Positions 29,972 through 39,605 of a stretch of DNA of 64,000 nt are shown here, in pieces. Where the stretch lies: the NCBI GenBank assembly GCA_963707215.1, contig CAVPPB010000003.1, positions 1,472,001 through 1,536,000 on the forward strand, given 5' to 3'. Made by a program: the position numbers and the translations under genes. The stretch is from an uncultured Chloroflexia bacterium. Lineage in GTDB: Bacteria > Chloroflexota > Limnocylindria > Limnocylindrales > CSP1-4. Numbering within the stretch: the first letter of the stretch is position 1; every line of letters begins with the position of its first letter. The notes beneath the pieces were generated by a model. It had not been told where the DNA came from and did no database searches. It was given only the letters and a program-made list of their open reading frames with translations.

Positions 29972-30926
29972 CGGTCTCCCCATCGGCGAGCGCGTCGGCA
30001 CGCCCAACGAGCTCGATGTACACGTCTTCGAGCGTGGCAGGGGCCAGCGAGTACTCCTCCGCGACACCCTCGCGACGCAGCTCGTCGGCCCAATCGACCG
30101 CCTCGCCGGCGCTGGCTGCCGGGACCGTGGCGAGCGCCCGCGAGCCGTTCGGGACGTAGCGGCGGATGAAGGGGGCCGGCAGCGGGGCGACGGCACCCGG
30201 CTCAAGGACGAGCTCCAGCCGGAGATCGTCGGCGATCCCGCTCTTGAGCTCCGCCGGGGTCCCCTGGGCGATCACCCGCCCGCGGTCGAGGATGGCCAGG
30301 CGATCGACCGACCGCTCGGCCTCGACGACGTTGTGGGTCACCAGGAGCACGGCCGCTCCCTCGTCGGCCAGCATCCGGACCTGCTCCCAGAGGAGCCGGC
30401 GACGGACCGGGTCGACGTCGTTGGTCGGCTCGTCGAGGATGACGATCCGGCCGGGGACCACGGCCGCCATGGCGAAGGAGACGAGCCGCTTCACGCCGCC
30501 CGACAGGCGCTCCCCGCCCGTCCGGCGCCACTCGCCCAGCGAGAGATCGTCGATGAACCGGTCGCGGCGCGCTCGCACCTCCGTCGGGTCGCCACCGCGG
30601 AGGCGTCCGATGAGCTCGATCGCCTGGTCCGGTGTGAGCCCGTCGATCGGCAGCTGGACCTGAGGCTGGAGCGAGCAGGCTCGGCGAGCCGCTGCCGGGT
30701 CGCCGACCGCATCCATGCCTTCGATCCGGATCGTGCCCGCATCCGGACGGAGCAGGCCGACGATCTGGTTGACCAGCGTGGTCTTGCCGGCGCCGTTGTG
30801 GCCGAGCAGGCCGAAGACCTGGCCGGCGTCGATCGCCAGGTCGATCCCGTCGTTCGCCCGCACGGCGGCACCCCGCCGGGACCGCGGGCGGTAGGTCTTC
30901 GTCAGTCCCTCGATCTCGAGCAGCAT
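29952..30926 (-). CDS. ABC exporter ATP-binding protein
   Basis: GHNGAGKTT, LSGG, ILDEPTNDVD, VTHN. Confidence 0.95.
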   Translation of the reverse strand: MLLEIEGLTKTYRPRSRRGAAVRANDGIDLAIDAGQVFGLLGHNGAGKTTLVNQIVGLLRPDAGTIRIEGMDAVGDPAAARRACSLQPQVQLPIDGLTPDQAIELIGRLRGGDPTEVRARRDRFIDDLSLGEWRRTGGERLSGGVKRLVSFAMAAVVPGRIVILDEPTNDVDPVRRRLLWEQVRMLADEGAAVLLVTHNVVEAERSVDRLAILDRGRVIAQGTPAELKSGIADDLRLELVLEPGAVAPLPAPFIRRYVPNGSRALATVPAASAGEAVDWADELRREGVAEEYSLAPATLEDVYIELVGRADALADGETDDVLAA

Positions 30927-30973
30927 CTCGACTTCCCTTCGGCTGGCGATCCGATCGTCGGTCGCCGATCTCA

Positions 30974-31043
30974 GATACCTACCAGTATCGCTATACCGAT
31001 GAGCATGTCAATACTGCAAAGGACGTAGATACCGTGTGGTATC
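30974..31043. promoter_or_regulatory. Two TetR operator palindromes in the divergent promoter
   Basis: GATAC-CTACCA-GTATC (30974-30989) and GATACC-GTGT-GGTATC (31028-31043) in an AT-richer spacer. Confidence 0.75.
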
Positions 31044-31051
31044 ATTGCCGC

Positions 31052-31927
31052 ATGAGCGGCAGTCAAGACGATCCTGTCGAGCGGGCCAGGCGCTCGGGCG
31101 CCGAGATCCGCGCCAGCGTCCGCCTGACGACCGAGGCAGCGCGCGAGACGGCTCGCGCCGGCCGAGAGAGCGGCGCGCTCTCCCGCGAGATCGCGGCGAC
31201 GACCAAGGAGGCCATCCGCCAAGCCGTCGCCGAGGCCCGTGCGGCCCTCAAGGACTCGAGCCTGGAGATCCGCGTGGAGCGCCTCTCGCGCGAGGAGAGC
31301 CGGCAGCGGACGCGGGAGCTGCTACTCGACGCGGCAGCCGAGGTGTTCAGCCGGCTGGGCTACCACGGCGCGTCGCTCGAGGCCGTCGCCGAGGCTGCCG
31401 GCTTCACCAAGGGCGCCGTCTACTCCAACTTCGCCACCAAGGGCGAGCTCTTCGCGGCGCTGCTCCGCAGGTCATCGGAGCAGCGGGTCGAGGGACAGAT
31501 CGAGGCGCTCGGAGCGCTCTCCCTCGCCCAGCTCGCCGACCTCTCCGGCCCGATGCTCCAGAAGCAAGCCCGGGAACAGTCGACCTGGGACATCCTCCAG
31601 ATCGAGTTCTGGCTGGCCGCCATGCGCGATCCGACGCTCAAGCAGCTGATGTGCGAGGGCAGTGACGAACTCTACGAGCGCATGGGCGAGACCGTCTCGA
31701 AGAAGCTCGCGGAAGAGGGCGCAGGATCCCAGTTCAGCGGGGCCGAACTCGCCCGCCTCGTCAACGCGCTGGGCACCGGCCTCCTCGTCCAGGTCTACCT
31801 GGACCCTGAATCGGTGGACCCGGCGCTCTTCGGGCGAGGCATCCGGGCCCTGGCCGGCCTGCCGCCCGTCGGGGACAGCGGGCCGGCGGACGGAGCGTCC
31901 CGGCAGACCGACGCCCCTCAGGAGTAG
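31052..31927 (+). CDS. TetR/AcrR family regulator with N-terminal helical extension
   Basis: TRELLLDAAAEVFSRLGYHGASLEAVAEAAGFTKGAVYSNFATK preceded by about 70 aa Ala/Arg/Glu-rich helix. Confidence 0.92.
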   Translation: MSGSQDDPVERARRSGAEIRASVRLTTEAARETARAGRESGALSREIAATTKEAIRQAVAEARAALKDSSLEIRVERLSREESRQRTRELLLDAAAEVFSRLGYHGASLEAVAEAAGFTKGAVYSNFATKGELFAALLRRSSEQRVEGQIEALGALSLAQLADLSGPMLQKQAREQSTWDILQIEFWLAAMRDPTLKQLMCEGSDELYERMGETVSKKLAEEGAGSQFSGAELARLVNALGTGLLVQVYLDPESVDPALFGRGIRALAGLPPVGDSGPADGASRQTDAPQE

Positions 31928-32463
31928 CGCTCGCGGCGGACGAGCTCGTCGAGCGGGCGACGCGCCTCACCCGGCTTCGATTTCGGGGCCGCACCGGCCT
32001 CGGTCGCATAACCGATGGAGACCATCGTCCGGACGACGCGATCCCTGGGGACACCGAGCAGCTCGCCGATCGGGCCCTGAGCATCGTCACGGGCCCGGGC
32101 GATCCCCGTCGACAGGCCATGAGCGGCTGCGGCGATCATGATCCGCTCCGCGACGCGGCCCTCGTCGAAATTGTCGCTCTCGACCCCCCGTGGCTCCATG
32201 GCCACGCAGACGACGACCGGGGCGACACCGATGTGCGGGGTGTTCGTGGCGATCTCGGCCATCCGGCGCCGGGTCGCCGCGTCGGTCACGACGACGAATG
32301 TCCAGGGTTGTCGGTTGCTCACACTGCCGGTCCAGCGGGCAACGTCCAGGATGTCCCGCAGGGCATCCTCGGGGACCGGGTCGGGCCGGTAGTCGCGTGT
32401 CTGGCGGACGCGCTTGACGAGTCTGGTGGCGGTGGATGGATCGAGGGTGTTCGAGTCGGTCAT
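31918..32463 (-). CDS. Nitroreductase family protein
   Basis: RQTRDYRPDPV, ARWTGSVSNRQPWTFVVV, AAAHGL. Confidence 0.9.
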   Translation of the reverse strand: MTDSNTLDPSTATRLVKRVRQTRDYRPDPVPEDALRDILDVARWTGSVSNRQPWTFVVVTDAATRRRMAEIATNTPHIGVAPVVVCVAMEPRGVESDNFDEGRVAERIMIAAAAHGLSTGIARARDDAQGPIGELLGVPRDRVVRTMVSIGYATEAGAAPKSKPGEARRPLDELVRRERYS

Positions 32464-32539
32464 GCCCCGAGTCTAGCGGCGAGCGCCCGATCCGAGGGAC
32501 CGGCTACCCTGTCGTCCACGAGCACGACGAGGAGCGCAC

Positions 32540-34060
32540 ATGGCAGACCAGGACCCGGCCGTGACCGAGGAACGGCCGACCAGCAAGCCCGACGAGGCCA
32601 AGGCGACGCCGGCGCCGACAGTGCCTCCCCCGGTGGATGACCTCGTCGAACGATCGCACAGCCTCTCGATCGGCCGCCGCCGGAAGCTCGAATACACCTC
32701 GCGAGCCGGCCGGGTCGTCCTCCGGGAGGAGGTCACCGAGGATGGCAAAGCACAGGGTCATAAGCCGAAGGCGACCGTCTTCCTGACGTCGTACACGCTC
32801 GACGGAGCCGTCCCGCGCGAACGGCCGGTGGTCTTCGCCTTCAACGGCGGGCCTGGGTCGTCGAGCGTCTGGCTCCACCTGGGGCTGCTGGGACCCCGCC
32901 GGGTCGTCGCCGGTGATGCCGGGGCACTGGTGCCGCCCCCGTACGACCTCGTCGACAACGTCGAGACGCTGCTTGCCCATGCCGACCTCGTATTCATCGA
33001 CCCGGTCGCCACCGGCTACTCCCGGGCGCTGGACGGGGAGAAGGCCCACGAGTACTCGGGCTTCGGCCGCGACCTCGAGTCGGTCGGCGAGGTCATCCGG
33101 CTCTGGACGTCCCGGAACGGCCGCTGGATGTCGCCCAAGTTCCTCGCCGGCGAGTCCTACGGGACGCTCCGGGCGGCCGGCCTGGCCGCCCACCTCCAGG
33201 AGCGTCACGGGATGTATGTCAACGGGATCATCCTGGTCTCGGCGGTCCTCGACCTGAGCAGCATCGACGTCGCCGAGGGCAACGAGCGGCCCTACGCCCT
33301 GTTCCTGCCGAGCTACGCGGCGATCGCCAACTACCACGGCAAGCACGGCGACCGCCCACTCGAGGACGTCCTGGCGGAGGCGACCGCCTACGCCGCCGGC
33401 GAGTACCCCCGCCTGCTCGCTCTCGGCAACCGGATCACCCCGGCGGAACGGCGTCGGGCGGTCCGCAGGATCGCCGACCTGACCGGCCTGTCGCGCGACT
33501 ATGTCGATCGCGTCGATCTGCGCATCGAGCACATCCGCTTCTTCACCGAGCTGCTCCGCGACCAGGGTCGCTCGGTCGGACGGCTCGATGGCCGGTTCCT
33601 GGGCTGGGAGCCCGACGGCGGCCGGGAGCACTTCTCGGCCGATCCCTCGATGTCGGCGATCATGGGTCCCTACACCGCCGCCTTCAACCACTACGTCCGC
33701 TCCGAGTTGGGCTACGAGAACGACCTGCCCTACGAGATCCTCGCGATGAAGGCGCACGAGGCCTGGTCGTACAAGGAGTTCGAGGGCAAGCCGATCGCGG
33801 TCATCGAGCGGCTCGGCGAGGCGATGCGGGCCAACCCGCACCTCCGGGTCCACGTCGCCTCGGGCTGGTACGACGGGGCGACCCCGTACTTCGCCACCGA
33901 GGAAGTCATGGCCCACGTGCCGATCCCGGCCGAGCTCCGCCCCAACATCGAGTACGCCTACTACCCGGCCGGCCACATGATGTACGTCCATGAGCCCTCG
34001 AGGCTCCGGCAGTCGCGCGACCTGGCCGAGTTCGTGGAGCGCGCCTCGCGCACCGACTAG
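32540..34060 (+). CDS. Serine carboxypeptidase, family S10
   Basis: FNGGPGSSS, FIDPVATGYS, GESYG, GWYDGATP, AGHMMY. Confidence 0.93.
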   Translation: MADQDPAVTEERPTSKPDEAKATPAPTVPPPVDDLVERSHSLSIGRRRKLEYTSRAGRVVLREEVTEDGKAQGHKPKATVFLTSYTLDGAVPRERPVVFAFNGGPGSSSVWLHLGLLGPRRVVAGDAGALVPPPYDLVDNVETLLAHADLVFIDPVATGYSRALDGEKAHEYSGFGRDLESVGEVIRLWTSRNGRWMSPKFLAGESYGTLRAAGLAAHLQERHGMYVNGIILVSAVLDLSSIDVAEGNERPYALFLPSYAAIANYHGKHGDRPLEDVLAEATAYAAGEYPRLLALGNRITPAERRRAVRRIADLTGLSRDYVDRVDLRIEHIRFFTELLRDQGRSVGRLDGRFLGWEPDGGREHFSADPSMSAIMGPYTAAFNHYVRSELGYENDLPYEILAMKAHEAWSYKEFEGKPIAVIERLGEAMRANPHLRVHVASGWYDGATPYFATEEVMAHVPIPAELRPNIEYAYYPAGHMMYVHEPSRLRQSRDLAEFVERASRTD

Positions 34061-34068
34061 GCACGATC

Positions 34069-34755
34069 GTGAACGCTCCGCGGGACGACGACGCGTCGGC
34101 AGCCGGACCGAGTCCGCCCGCGTCGCGCCGGGCCTCGCTCGTCCGGGTCGCCGGGGCCCTCCTGTTCGCCGCCGGCGGCATCACGATCATGGGCATCATC
34201 ACGGCCGAGGCGATCTTCCCCGGCAGCTACGCGACCGGGGCCAACGAGATCAGCGAGCTCGGGGGTCGAGGCGGCCGGGACGGGCCCGTCAGCTCGGCGA
34301 CCCTCTTCAACGGCGCTCTCGTCACGGCCGGGCTGTGCACCCTCGGGGCGGCCCTGGCGCTCTGGCGAGCCTCGACCGGCAGATCGCTGCCGGCGCTGCT
34401 GGCGATCCTCGCATCGGGGCTGTTCGGGGTCGGGCTGCTCCCCGGTGGCACCGGCTGGACCCACCAGGCCGCCGCCCTCGTGGTGTTCGTCGCCGGCGGG
34501 AGCGCCGCCCTGGCATCGGGGCGCGTGGCACGGCCGCCGTTCACCTACGTGGCGTTCGCGATCGGTGCGGCCTCGCTCATCGTGCTCCTCGTCTACCTGG
34601 TGGTCCGCAACGACGCGCCGCTGCCGGGCCTCGGCGTCGGCGGGCTGGAGCGCTGGATCGCCTATCCGCTCCTCGTATGGTGCGTCGGCTTCGGTGGATA
34701 CCTGATGGCGACCCACGACGTCGACCGGAGAAGCCCGGGCAGCGATCCGGGCTAG
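34069..34755 (+). CDS. DUF998 family membrane protein
   Basis: AEAIFPGSY....ISELG, GVGLLP, H, GGLERWIAYP. Confidence 0.8.
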   Translation: MNAPRDDDASAAGPSPPASRRASLVRVAGALLFAAGGITIMGIITAEAIFPGSYATGANEISELGGRGGRDGPVSSATLFNGALVTAGLCTLGAALALWRASTGRSLPALLAILASGLFGVGLLPGGTGWTHQAAALVVFVAGGSAALASGRVARPPFTYVAFAIGAASLIVLLVYLVVRNDAPLPGLGVGGLERWIAYPLLVWCVGFGGYLMATHDVDRRSPGSDPG

Positions 34756-34794
34756 GGCTGGCGGCGGCCTCGCAGCCGTCGCCGACCGCTCGCC

Positions 34795-35535
34795 TCAGTC
34801 GGGATCGACAAGGGCGATCCGGATCCGCTTGTTGATGCGGCCCTTGGATTCGTAGCCGGTGACCCGGATCGCCCCGACCTCGTTCGTGTTCGTGACGTGC
34901 GTTCCACCGTCCGCCTGGAGGTCGAGCCCGACGATCTCGATGGTCCTGATCTGCTCGATCCCAGGCGGCAGGAGGTTGACCTTCGTCCGGATCAGGTCGG
35001 GGATCGCGAAGGCCTCCTCGCGCGGCAGGACGTCGACCCGGACCAGCCGGCCCGATGCCAGCTCGGCGTTGACCGCCGTCTCGATCGAGTCGACGAGGTC
35101 GGCGCTCATCCGCTCGAACTCGAAGTCCATCCGGCCGGCACCCGGTTCCATGTTGCCGCCGGTCACGAGGGCGCCGTGGTCGCGCCAGACCACCCCGCAC
35201 AGCGCATGGAGCGCGGTGTGGGTCCGCATGAGCGAGTAGCGACGAGCCCACTCGAGCTCGGCGACGAGCCGATCACCGGGAGCCGGTGGCTCGACACCGG
35301 GCTCGAGCTCGTGGACGGTCTCGCCGCCGACCTTGCGCGCAGCCCGGACGGTCCATCGGCGGCCATCCGAAGCCCGCAGGAGCAGACCGCGGTCCGACGG
35401 CTGGCCTCCGCCGCCAGGGTAGAAGACCGTCCGGTCGAGGACGACCAGTGACGCCTCGTCCGAATCGTCGACCGTGCCGACGTTCGCCTCGACGGCCCGG
35501 AGGTAGGCATCCTGGTAGCACAGGTTGACGTTCAC
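34795..35535 (-). CDS. alaX: Alanyl-tRNA editing protein AlaX
   Basis: TVFYPGGGGQPSD, MRTHTALH, DLQADGGTHV. Confidence 0.92.
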   Translation of the reverse strand: MNVNLCYQDAYLRAVEANVGTVDDSDEASLVVLDRTVFYPGGGGQPSDRGLLLRASDGRRWTVRAARKVGGETVHELEPGVEPPAPGDRLVAELEWARRYSLMRTHTALHALCGVVWRDHGALVTGGNMEPGAGRMDFEFERMSADLVDSIETAVNAELASGRLVRVDVLPREEAFAIPDLIRTKVNLLPPGIEQIRTIEIVGLDLQADGGTHVTNTNEVGAIRVTGYESKGRINKRIRIALVDPD

Positions 35536-35586
35536 CTGAGGCCTCCGACTGCGGGCGGCGGCGCGGTCGAGGGCCGCCGCGGGCGC

Positions 35587-36069
35587 CTACCGGACGATGA
35601 GCTCCCCGACCATGTTCGGGTGCACGGTGCAGATGAACACGTACGTGCCCGCTGGCAGGGCAGGCACGTCGTACACCCGTGTCTCGACACCGTTGAAGAT
35701 CTCGCCCATCCAGAGCGACATGCTCATCGCGTCGCGGATCTCGACGTTGTGCGGCACGCCGGCGTCGTTGTTGGTGAAGCGGATCTGGAACGGCGTGTCG
35801 GCGGGAGCCTCCAGGGTGTCCGTATCGAAGGCGATGTTCTGGGCGCTGATATCAAGGACGACACCGCCGGCGCCTCCGGTGCCTTCCGACGGAGCCGCGG
35901 AGGCGCCAGCCGACGGTTCGGAGGTCGGTTCGACCGACGCGTCGGCCGACGGGACCGGCGTCGGGGACGGGGCCGGTGCGTAGGTCCAGCCGGGCGAGGT
36001 ACTGCCGGCGCAGGCGGCTACTGCCAGGGCGACAAGGGCCAACAGGACGAGAGATCGGATGGAGCGCAT
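35587..36069 (-). CDS. Cupredoxin (blue copper) lipoprotein
   Basis: Lipobox VAAC; PHNV and CTVHPNM type-1 Cu ligands. Confidence 0.9.
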   Translation of the reverse strand: MRSIRSLVLLALVALAVAACAGSTSPGWTYAPAPSPTPVPSADASVEPTSEPSAGASAAPSEGTGGAGGVVLDISAQNIAFDTDTLEAPADTPFQIRFTNNDAGVPHNVEIRDAMSMSLWMGEIFNGVETRVYDVPALPAGTYVFICTVHPNMVGELIVR

Positions 36070-36217
36070 CGAGGCGTGGGTCTCCGTGCGGATGGGTGGC
36101 GGGCGACAGCCGTCGGCCGAGGACGCGGTGGGGTGAGCCCCGAATCTACCGCCGAACGGCGGAGGACGTGGAGACGGCCCTCCCGGGTGCTGCGAGGAGG
36201 TCGCCGGCGCCGGTCGA

Positions 36218-39200
36218 TCAGCGGGAGACGGTGAGCCCCAGGCGGATGGCGACGGTCGCCGCCTCGACCCGGCCGGAGACGCCGAGTTTGGCGAGGATGT
36301 TGCCGACGTGCACGCCGACGGTCTTCTGGCTGATGAAGAGCCGATCGCCGATCTCGCGGTTGGTCCGACCCTCGGCCAGGAGCGCGAGCACCTCCCGCTC
36401 GCGGGGGCTCAGCCCGAAGGTATCCGCGGGTGCCGCCGCCCCATCCGCCAGCAGCGTCCTGGTGACCGAGGCGCCGACGCTCTCCGCCGCCGTAGCGGCG
36501 ACCACTGGCCCCGGGCCGACCGGCACCGCGATCGGCTCCGCGGCCACGGCCACCGAACCGACCGGAGCCGCCAGCAACGACTCGACCGTGTCGGCCAGCG
36601 ACTCGGGCAACCGGATGAGGGCTCGACCGGCAAGGTCGCGCAGCTCGCGCAGGAGAGGGAGCGCGCCGAGCTCGCTGGCGATCGTCGTCGCTTCGACCAG
36701 CGCCCCCCGGGCGGCGGGCCGGGCGACCCGGGCGTCGTCGCTCGCGACCAGCGCGGCCTCGGCCTGCCGCCAGCGGGCCTTGGCGGCCTGGTACCGGTCG
36801 CCGATCGCCTCGAGGGCCATCGCCACGGAGGCCCAGGCGCTCGGATCGTCGCGCCCGTCGATCCTGGCGTGGTAGGCCCGCGCGACCATGAGCCGGGCGT
36901 CGGCCTCCCGCCGCGAGCCCAGGCTCGGGTCCACGCCGGCGATCGCCACTGCCTCGGCCGCCTCGCGGAGGACCCGGCCGGCGGTGGTGCGGGCCTCGGC
37001 GATCGTGGCCAGGTCGCGTCGGCGACGGGCATCGGCGACGTCGGCCGCGGCGACTTCGAGGACCGTGGCAGCCAGGCGGGCGATCAGTGCCCAGTCCTCC
37101 GTACCGCGCGCACGCTCCCAGCCGAGGGATGCGGCCCTCCGAGCGTCGACGACATCGTCGCGCCAGAGCGCGAACGACGCGGCCGCCTGGTAGACGGGTG
37201 GCGCGTACTGCGGATCGGGGACCGTCTCGAGGTCGACCAGGAGCTGGCCGAGCAGGCGGTCGGCGACCTCGCCGGCCGTCGATTCGACCTCGATCGTAGC
37301 CAGGTTGATGGCGGCATTCGCCCAGCCGAACCCGGCCGGGTTCCACTCCAGCGAGGATCGGGCCAGGGCGCGAGCCTCGTCCCAGCGACCGAGCAGGAAG
37401 AGGGTGTCGGCCGCGTTCCCGCGGAGCCAGTTGCCGTAGACCGCCTCCTGGCCGACCTCGCGGGCGGCGGCGATCCCCTCCATCGCGACATCCACGGCGG
37501 CTTCGCGCTCACCCATGAGATCGAGGACGGTCGAGTGGTTGGCGTAGGCGCGGAACACCTCATCGAGGCGACCCGATCGGCGAGCCGTCTCGCGGGCCTC
37601 CTCAAGATGGCGGATGCCACGCTCGGGGTCCTCACCCCAGCCCTCCGAGACGCCGAGCGTCGTCAGCGCATGGGCGGACTCGCCGAGGGCGGCGTCGCCG
37701 ACGGCACGGGAGACCTCGAGCGCCTCGTTGGCCAGCACGATGGCCTCCTCGAAGTGGCCCACGAGCATGCGGATCTGAGCCAGTGCCGCCAGGATCCTGG
37801 CGCGTTCGCGACCGGCATCGGGGGGGACCATACGGACGGCTCGGCGAAGTGTCTCCTCCGCTCCATCGCGATCGCCCGCGGTCCATCGGTAGCGCCCCAG
37901 ACGGGCGAGGAGCTTGGCCAGGGCCAGCCGATCCTGGGCTTCGTCAAGCCCTGCCGCGGCCGCCTCCCCGAAGGCCACCGCACGGTCGGCCCCGCCGGCG
38001 GCGAAGGCGGCTCGACCGGCCCGGGCCAGCAGGTCCGAGAGCGAGGCCTCGTCATAGGCCTCGCCTCCGGGCACTGTCAACTCAAGGGCGGCCTCAAGGA
38101 ACGCCAGAGCCTGGTCCGGGGCGTCCAGGGCCTCGGCGGCCGCCGCGGCCGCGACCGCCGCGGGACGTGCCTCGTCCGGGCGGCCGGCCGCGATCCAGTG
38201 GTGCACCGCGATCGCCGGGCGATCCACCGCGGCCTGAGCGAGGGCCGCGTGGAGCCGCGGGCGCTGGTGCGGCAGGAGGTCACCTTCGATGGCGCGGGCG
38301 ACCAGCTCGTGTCGGATGGCGAACCAGGGACCTGGATCGGTCGATCCCAGCGGCGCCGGTCGCTCGACGATGATGCCGTGGTCCAGACCCTCGGCGAGTC
38401 CGGCCGACAGGTCCGGATCCAGCGGTCCCTCGGCCGACCGGGGGGCGGTCGTGGAGCGGGGCGGCGGCCGGTGCCGGCCAGCCTCGAACACCTCGGCCAC
38501 GACCGCGATCTCCGTCCCCGAGACGGGCCGCCCGGCCGGCGCCACGAACCGCAGGAGGCGTCGGCATTCGGGGGACCGGTCGGCCAGGCGAGCCCGGACC
38601 AGGTCTTCCAGCGAGCCGGTGAGCGATGCTCCGGACAGCTCGCGGCGGGCTGCCAGGAGCTCCTCGGCGACGAGCGGGCTGCCAGCCGAGCGCTCCGCGA
38701 CCAGCAGCAACACTGTGGCGCTGGGTCGCTCGCCCTCGATCCCGGTGATGAGCTGGGCCAGCTCGTCACGGTCGAGCGGACCCAGGTGCAGGGTGGCAGG
38801 CGGGCGTGGCGAGCTCTGCATCGCCGCCATGGTCGAGTGGACCGGGTGGTCGCGGTGGAGCGCGTCAGGCTGATAGCTGGCGATGACCGCGATCCGCTGG
38901 CCACGAGAGACCCGCGAGATGAACTCGGCGAACGACCGGGTGGCCGGGTCGGCCCGATGGAGGTCGTCGAGCATCAGGACCACCGGCGATGATTCGGCCA
39001 GGCGGGTCATGATGCCGAAGAGGCCCTCGAGGAGCCGCGACTGGCGGCGCTCGAGGTCCGAGACGAGCGGACGATCGGGCAGCAGGCCGAGCTCGGTGAG
39101 GCGCCGGCCCAGGATCGGCAGGAGTCGGACGAGCTCGCCGCCGTTGGGTCCGACGACGTCGGCCAGGTCACGGTCCGACAAGCGAAGCAGATGCGGCTCG

Positions 39201-39457
39201 AGCCCGGCGACGAGCGGCCCATAGGCCCGCCCGTCAGCAGCCGCATCGGCCTGGCAGCGGACGACCGTGACCGGCTCGCCCTCGAGGGAGAGCCGGCGCG
39301 TGGCTTCCTCGAGGAAGCGGGAGGCCCCGAGCCCGGCATCGGCCGCGATCAGGAGCGTCGTGGGCTCACCCCCCGCCGCGGCCTCGACGACCGCGGCGAG
39401 CCGGGCGAACTCGGCCGCCCGCCCCACGAACCGCGCACTGGCGTACGGCCCGGTCAT
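36218..39457 (-). CDS. LAL/MalT-type AAA-TPR-LuxR transcriptional regulator
   Basis: FVGRAAE, Walker B LDDLHRAD, TPR-like helices, GLSPREREVLALLAEGRTNREIG; probable leaderless ATG 39457. Confidence 0.92.
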   Translation of the reverse strand: MTGPYASARFVGRAAEFARLAAVVEAAAGGEPTTLLIAADAGLGASRFLEEATRRLSLEGEPVTVVRCQADAAADGRAYGPLVAGLEPHLLRLSDRDLADVVGPNGGELVRLLPILGRRLTELGLLPDRPLVSDLERRQSRLLEGLFGIMTRLAESSPVVLMLDDLHRADPATRSFAEFISRVSRGQRIAVIASYQPDALHRDHPVHSTMAAMQSSPRPPATLHLGPLDRDELAQLITGIEGERPSATVLLLVAERSAGSPLVAEELLAARRELSGASLTGSLEDLVRARLADRSPECRRLLRFVAPAGRPVSGTEIAVVAEVFEAGRHRPPPRSTTAPRSAEGPLDPDLSAGLAEGLDHGIIVERPAPLGSTDPGPWFAIRHELVARAIEGDLLPHQRPRLHAALAQAAVDRPAIAVHHWIAAGRPDEARPAAVAAAAAAEALDAPDQALAFLEAALELTVPGGEAYDEASLSDLLARAGRAAFAAGGADRAVAFGEAAAAGLDEAQDRLALAKLLARLGRYRWTAGDRDGAEETLRRAVRMVPPDAGRERARILAALAQIRMLVGHFEEAIVLANEALEVSRAVGDAALGESAHALTTLGVSEGWGEDPERGIRHLEEARETARRSGRLDEVFRAYANHSTVLDLMGEREAAVDVAMEGIAAAREVGQEAVYGNWLRGNAADTLFLLGRWDEARALARSSLEWNPAGFGWANAAINLATIEVESTAGEVADRLLGQLLVDLETVPDPQYAPPVYQAAASFALWRDDVVDARRAASLGWERARGTEDWALIARLAATVLEVAAADVADARRRRDLATIAEARTTAGRVLREAAEAVAIAGVDPSLGSRREADARLMVARAYHARIDGRDDPSAWASVAMALEAIGDRYQAAKARWRQAEAALVASDDARVARPAARGALVEATTIASELGALPLLRELRDLAGRALIRLPESLADTVESLLAAPVGSVAVAAEPIAVPVGPGPVVAATAAESVGASVTRTLLADGAAAPADTFGLSPREREVLALLAEGRTNREIGDRLFISQKTVGVHVGNILAKLGVSGRVEAATVAIRLGLTVSR

Positions 39458-39605
39458 GGCGGCCATTCTACGGGCGCGGTCCGAGCGCTGGTCGGGCCGG
39501 TGGCCACGGAGTCCCCTGCTGACTGCGGGGACGCACCGGCTTCTCGCCGGGCCGACACGGGACGTCGGCGTCGCATCCGCCGTCCAGGGCGGCTAGGCTG
39601 GCCGG

